Positions 59,900-64,000 of a stretch of 64,000 bases of DNA are shown here, piece by piece. Origin of the DNA: Candidatus Methanophagales archaeon. GTDB taxonomy: Archaea > Halobacteriota > Syntropharchaeia > Alkanophagales > Methanospirareceae. The stretch is from the NCBI GenBank assembly GCA_030602585.1, contig JAUVZJ010000002.1, positions 3,262-67,261 on the forward strand. The letters run 5' to 3'. A program made the translations under genes and the position numbers. How positions within the stretch are numbered: the stretch's first letter is position 1; each line of letters begins with the position of its first letter. Below the pieces are notes generated by a model that did not search any database, was not told the DNA's origin, and saw only the letters and a program-made list of their open reading frames with translations.

Positions 59900-60958
59900 T
59901 TATCGTTCCTTAATTCTATCTGCAATCGTTCTTATCTCATTTGAGATCTCATTCAAACTCGCCCTTATCTTTATCAAATCTCTTGCCGCACTCCTCTTCT
60001 CTTCGTCCTCGCTCCTCGCAAACTTCGTTGATATTGCATTGATTGAACTCGATTTCTCCTCTATTTTCCCCGACGTATCATTCAACTCAAATGAAATCTG
60101 ACTCACATCCACTCCTTTACCCCCTCCTCTCGAAACATATAAATATACGAATGTCGAGCCCAATATCAAGCCCAACATTACCGACAGGATGACATAAAGT
60201 TCGAGTGGAGGCTTTTTAACCGTGGCAGAGAGCGCCTTATAATCTTTCGACAATTTAGATGCCCAACCTGGATGACCTCCTTCATATAACTCCTGTATAT
60301 GCTTTTCTAACTCGGTTTCACCAATCTTCCCTTTTGCCTCTTCCAAATTTTCCTCTATTTCGCTCTTTGCTGCTTGAATTTTTTCATTCGTTGAATAGAA
60401 CTTCATTGACGGCTCCAGCGGTTGTATAATACGTTCTAATGTCGCTCCATCCCTCGTCGTTCCAACAGTTAATTTGACATACACTTCTCGCTTTCCAATT
60501 CCATCAATTTCTTTGTACTCTACGAACCCCGGCTCTTCTACTGTTTTTATTGGCTTTGGAACCACTCCTCTTACTTCAATTACTCGCATTGGGAGCTCAT
60601 GCTCTTCCTTTCCCTTCCATACTATCACCTCTGCTGCATGATAGATGTCATCACCGAACTTCCAACTTGGTGGTCCTTCCAGGTTTGTCTCCAGTTTTAA
60701 GATATATTCATCTAAAATAGGAGCTTTCTCGACCGTATCCACATATATGGTAAAATCAAGTGTATGATCTTCAAATTGGTCGGTATTTAAAAAATCTACA
60801 TAGTATGTCTTAGTACCACCGGTATCCAGATTGAGGATATAGGAGTTATCTACATCAATCCTCAGCACATCCTGAGCTGATGCGGTTCCAACTCCAACGG
60901 ATAAAAACAAAAATGCGAATGACAAAACGACGAGTGAAGTATAAAATAAGCGCTTCAT
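59900..60958 (-). CDS. Type-I membrane protein with a signal peptide, an extracytoplasmic domain of about 220 aa, one TM helix and a cytoplasmic coiled-coil tail
   Basis: The signal peptide is MKRLFYTSLVVLSFAFLFLSVGVGTASA. The TM helix is LYVILSVMLGLILGSTFVYLYV. Its start overlaps the stop of the upstream FtsZ/tubulin-like gene. Confidence 0.5.
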   Translation of the reverse strand: MKRLFYTSLVVLSFAFLFLSVGVGTASAQDVLRIDVDNSYILNLDTGGTKTYYVDFLNTDQFEDHTLDFTIYVDTVEKAPILDEYILKLETNLEGPPSWKFGDDIYHAAEVIVWKGKEEHELPMRVIEVRGVVPKPIKTVEEPGFVEYKEIDGIGKREVYVKLTVGTTRDGATLERIIQPLEPSMKFYSTNEKIQAAKSEIEENLEEAKGKIGETELEKHIQELYEGGHPGWASKLSKDYKALSATVKKPPLELYVILSVMLGLILGSTFVYLYVSRGGGKGVDVSQISFELNDTSGKIEEKSSSINAISTKFARSEDEEKRSAARDLIKIRASLNEISNEIRTIADRIKER

Positions 60959-63669
60959 TCTTCTTCTCCCCTTCCCATATTTAGTGATAAATCGGGCATC
61001 TCTATACCCTTCCCTTCTCTCTTCATCTTACCCCCCCACCCTTCAACAACTTCAGCTTCAACTTCCACTTCTGATTCCCCCGATTCAGTTATCTTTTTCA
61101 GTTCCTTTAACGAGGATAACATCATTGCAAGTGGACCGCCCATCCCTTTTATCCCCTTTGCCGCCTTCATACTATCCTCTCTCATCCTCGAAATCTCTGA
61201 CTCCGCCTTTGTTATATGCCTTATTGCGCTTGAGGTTGTCTCTTCAGAAGGTATCCCGCCGATAAAACTCATCGCTTTTTCAATGACCGATTTTATATCA
61301 TCGCTGAACCTGTTCGAGAGGTCGTCTATCCTGTCAATTAATACCTCCATATTTCGTGAGGAGTCGTCTATCATTCTCAGCATTTTCTCTGCTTTATCCT
61401 CAGCGGGTGCTCCTGCTTCTATACCTTTTAATTTAAATACCAATTCATCAAGCTCGTTTTTCAGGAGTGTGAAGCCCCTTTCCGCGTCTTTAGTCCATTT
61501 CTTCACCTTTTCCATGCTTTTACTTGCGCTTTCAAGTCCGTGAACCAGCATCGTAAGATTCGCTATCGAGTAGCTCTCCGGGTCAGGGATTCGCACATTT
61601 TTTATATCCTCTGCCATATCCAGGCCGGTTAGCAAATCGTCAAACATCTTCAAGCACTGTGCAAGCACGATGGGAACGTTATTCCAGATTGTTTCCTTCT
61701 CTAATATTTCGTAATTCTTCCAGTAATTCGTCACCATATCTCTATTTTTTTCATCTACACCCGGTGTGTATGGTATCCCGGAGATTACGGAGAATGGTTT
61801 GGGGGTTCCATAGAAAAGAGAATGATGTCTTTGCAACTTAGAAAAATCACTTTCATTATATGCTTTTTCAAGCCATTCCAATTCACGAAGTCTTGGCGGA
61901 AGCCCCGGACCTGGCGCCCATGGTTGAAGCCCAATCATAAGCGTGTATATCGCAAAGCTGTGCGCACGCGCTGGTGCATCCAATTTCAGAACGTCTGCAT
62001 CCTTTGTAAATCTTTCTGTCACCATGCTCTTAAATGCGCCACCTCCAAGCCTCGCATCATCAAAATTGTCCGCTCTTGTGCTCAATACTGCGATGAAGTG
62101 CCCGAACTTCTCCTCCTCGTTCACCACATTCCCTTGCGCATCCAACGACAGGAATCCGTAATCGTGGAGAATGTCTATATATTTTGATGCCATGACATTT
62201 TCTATCGAATGCCGGTAGTTTACCATTGGATTGAATATGATGTCGCCCTCATTAATCGGCGAATGCGTCCACCTGAAGAACTCCTCTTCGCGATCGAGTT
62301 TTTTCATAATCTCAAAGAAAGAGAGATTTTTCACGTCTTCTCTGCTCTTCTTTAAGCTCCTTATCTCATCTTCCGATAGCTCTATCTGATGATAGCTTCT
62401 CGTGTTCAGCGGCGATGTTATCGCCCGAAGAAGCTTGTTCTTAAGCGCCTCAAGGCGTTCTAAATTCCGCTCCGTAAGTCTCTTCTCCTCGTCTGTGTCG
62501 CTTGCCCTTATCTCAAGGTTGAGCACTTCCTCCTTCAAGCCTGATAATTTCTTCCTCGCTCTATCCAGTTTTGCCTTTGCATCCGCAGTTGCAGCCATGT
62601 CCACATGATAAAGCTTTCCGGTCGCCGATTCGTAACTATCTATTTTTCGCTGAACGTCCTTTATCCTGCCATCGAACCTTTCCAATTCCCCTCTTTCTGA
62701 TTCTATTTTTCCCTTTATATCAGATATTCTTGCCTCTATCTCAACCAATCTCTGTCTAACCACAGGTATCTCATCCTCGATGTCATAATACAAAAATAAT
62801 TTCTCAGTAGGAAATACGCACTCGTAGTAACCCAGTGAATCAAACCTGTTTTCGTAACCCCTTGCTCTGTTCTGAAGGTCATTGAGGTCGAGCCACTTAC
62901 CCTTCGTTTCCACTGTTCCACCCGGGAGGAATCCAAGGTCGAGAAGGAACCTTGGTATCGCCCTTTCCAATTCATCATCCCGGTTCTGCCCCTGAAGGTC
63001 TCTACCAAGAAGGAAGAATAATTTGAATGGATTAGAGTAATTCTTATCGTCTATTATAACGTCCTCGGTATGGGACATAAGGAAATAAAGTTCTTTCAGC
63101 GCACCGAGGGCATTACCCGTCGGAAGCACGGATTCCTTGCTCGAAGGGAGTATGCCAATCCCAAACATCACCGGCTCAGACCCAAACTGTTTTGATATCC
63201 AATCGCGTATGTCTATTGCAATGTCGAGCAGCATACTCGACCCCGTTCCTCCACCTAATGCGCACACCATCACAATGAAGAAGTCCTTTCCTCCAGTTCT
63301 GTTCTTCAATTCCGATGCCGCTGAACCTATCGCACTGAATATTCGCTCTCGATGTACATTATACATCGCCCTACCATATATCCGATGTTGTCCACACCCC
63401 GCGCCGGCTGCCGAAAGATATGGGTCAGGGAGCCATCTATTGGTGTTCTTCATCAAAATCGTATCCGGTCTGTTGAGAATTATCTTCTTTCTCTCTTCCA
63501 CTTCGGTGCATGCGCTTGCTGATGCCTGGTCAGTGTCTATAATCAAAAACTCCTCATTCTTCGGTACTTTCCCTGTTTTGGCCTTAAGCATTCTCAATAT
63601 ATTATTTACGACGCTACTCCCTTGCCCACCAATTCCAATTACAATCCTATTTACCGTATCTTCTCCCAT
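60955..63669 (-). CDS. FtsZ/tubulin-superfamily GTPase (divergent) with an alpha-helical/coiled-coil C-terminal extension of about 600 aa
   Basis: Motifs present: G-box IVIGIGGQGSSVVNNIL, FtsZ-like IIDTDQAS, T3-like GAGAGCG, and tubulin/FtsZ signature T4 CALGGGTGSSMLLDIA. Long heptad-like segments follow (ERLEALKNKLL; LEIRASDTDEEKRL...). Confidence 0.65.
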   Translation of the reverse strand: MGEDTVNRIVIGIGGQGSSVVNNILRMLKAKTGKVPKNEEFLIIDTDQASASACTEVEERKKIILNRPDTILMKNTNRWLPDPYLSAAGAGCGQHRIYGRAMYNVHRERIFSAIGSAASELKNRTGGKDFFIVMVCALGGGTGSSMLLDIAIDIRDWISKQFGSEPVMFGIGILPSSKESVLPTGNALGALKELYFLMSHTEDVIIDDKNYSNPFKLFFLLGRDLQGQNRDDELERAIPRFLLDLGFLPGGTVETKGKWLDLNDLQNRARGYENRFDSLGYYECVFPTEKLFLYYDIEDEIPVVRQRLVEIEARISDIKGKIESERGELERFDGRIKDVQRKIDSYESATGKLYHVDMAATADAKAKLDRARKKLSGLKEEVLNLEIRASDTDEEKRLTERNLERLEALKNKLLRAITSPLNTRSYHQIELSEDEIRSLKKSREDVKNLSFFEIMKKLDREEEFFRWTHSPINEGDIIFNPMVNYRHSIENVMASKYIDILHDYGFLSLDAQGNVVNEEEKFGHFIAVLSTRADNFDDARLGGGAFKSMVTERFTKDADVLKLDAPARAHSFAIYTLMIGLQPWAPGPGLPPRLRELEWLEKAYNESDFSKLQRHHSLFYGTPKPFSVISGIPYTPGVDEKNRDMVTNYWKNYEILEKETIWNNVPIVLAQCLKMFDDLLTGLDMAEDIKNVRIPDPESYSIANLTMLVHGLESASKSMEKVKKWTKDAERGFTLLKNELDELVFKLKGIEAGAPAEDKAEKMLRMIDDSSRNMEVLIDRIDDLSNRFSDDIKSVIEKAMSFIGGIPSEETTSSAIRHITKAESEISRMREDSMKAAKGIKGMGGPLAMMLSSLKELKKITESGESEVEVEAEVVEGWGGKMKREGKGIEMPDLSLNMGRGEEE

Positions 63670-63685
63670 TTCTATTACTCAGATG

Positions 63686-63994
63686 TCATACCTCCTTCTC
63701 TTTTGATTCGTAATCCGCTATCTTCGCTTTAATTGCGCTCATCTCGTCGTCGAAATGGTCTATTTCCAGATTGCTACCCCTTATATCGCTTTCAATCCCC
63801 GCAACCGTGCTATCTATCTTTTTTGCATCTAAAACAAGCTTACTTGCTCCCTTTTCTCCTCTGAACCATACTGTAACACCAAATAATCCAAATATGACTC
63901 CCACTGCCAATGTAACATATATCACGATAGAAGAAGCCGAATCCGATAAAGAAGAAATAATCATATCCCGATATTCATTCAACGCAAAGGACAT
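63686..63994 (-). CDS. Small single-TM protein with a coiled-coil C-terminus, first gene of the FtsZ/tubulin-like cassette
   Basis: The TM helix is IVIYVTLAVGVIFGLFGVTVW. It lies 16 nt upstream of the GTPase gene. It is near the window edge. Confidence 0.4.
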   Translation of the reverse strand: MSFALNEYRDMIISSLSDSASSIVIYVTLAVGVIFGLFGVTVWFRGEKGASKLVLDAKKIDSTVAGIESDIRGSNLEIDHFDDEMSAIKAKIADYESKEKEV

Positions 63995-64000
63995 AGTGGC

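Overview
This 64 kb window is archaeal. The evidence is archaeal-type AspRS, MCM, Cbf5, RpoD/Rpo3, the ribosomal S13-S4-S11 block, L10e, two intron-containing or short tRNAs, and PGF-CTERM surface proteins. The content fits a methanogen-like or ANME-like euryarchaeon. Coding density is high.

The conserved backbone, roughly 48-52% GC by eye, contains:
- a tight mvhD / frhB-like / hdrC / hdrB / hdrA operon (445-6119), plus a second paralogous hdrA pair (9949-13771);
- aspS, adenine deaminase and moaB;
- a long minus-strand cobalamin cluster (cbiM-N-Q-O-T-L-F-G, 22130-30595) next to a secreted CobN-like chelatase with exbB/exbD (30694-35639);
- dph6, nreA, purF, an HDAC-like amidohydrolase, signal peptidase, L10e, a response regulator, rpoD, S11, S4, S13, tRNA-Ser, cbf5, cofH-like, purM-like, a HAD hydrolase, mcm, argG, aroA, a CinA-like gene, a PhoU/TrkA-C gene and tRNA-Trp.

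Several AT-rich accessory patches (about 35-40% GC) interrupt this backbone:
1. 6120-8560: an ABC/AAA_21-like ATPase with a C-terminal wHTH, translationally coupled to a 145-aa protein. This is the best candidate for an undescribed defence-type module.
2. 16626-19900: a VapBC pair, a K/E-rich protein and an unusual HEPN protein.
3. 22604-25556: a 3 kb insert lying between the N+mid and C halves of cbiG. It carries a 400-aa unknown protein and a DUF5678-like/retropepsin-like pair.
4. 52703-54959: a CopG-like gene, a 115-aa gene and a 515-aa unknown, forming one operon.
5. 59900-63994: a 904-aa FtsZ/tubulin-superfamily GTPase with a long coiled-coil tail, flanked by two single-pass membrane proteins.

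I also see a recurrent A/T-rich palindromic intergenic motif, two apparent frameshifts around 19.9-20.5 kb, and a tRNA-Ser with an intron and a long variable arm. I found no CRISPR array, rRNA or obvious transposase.
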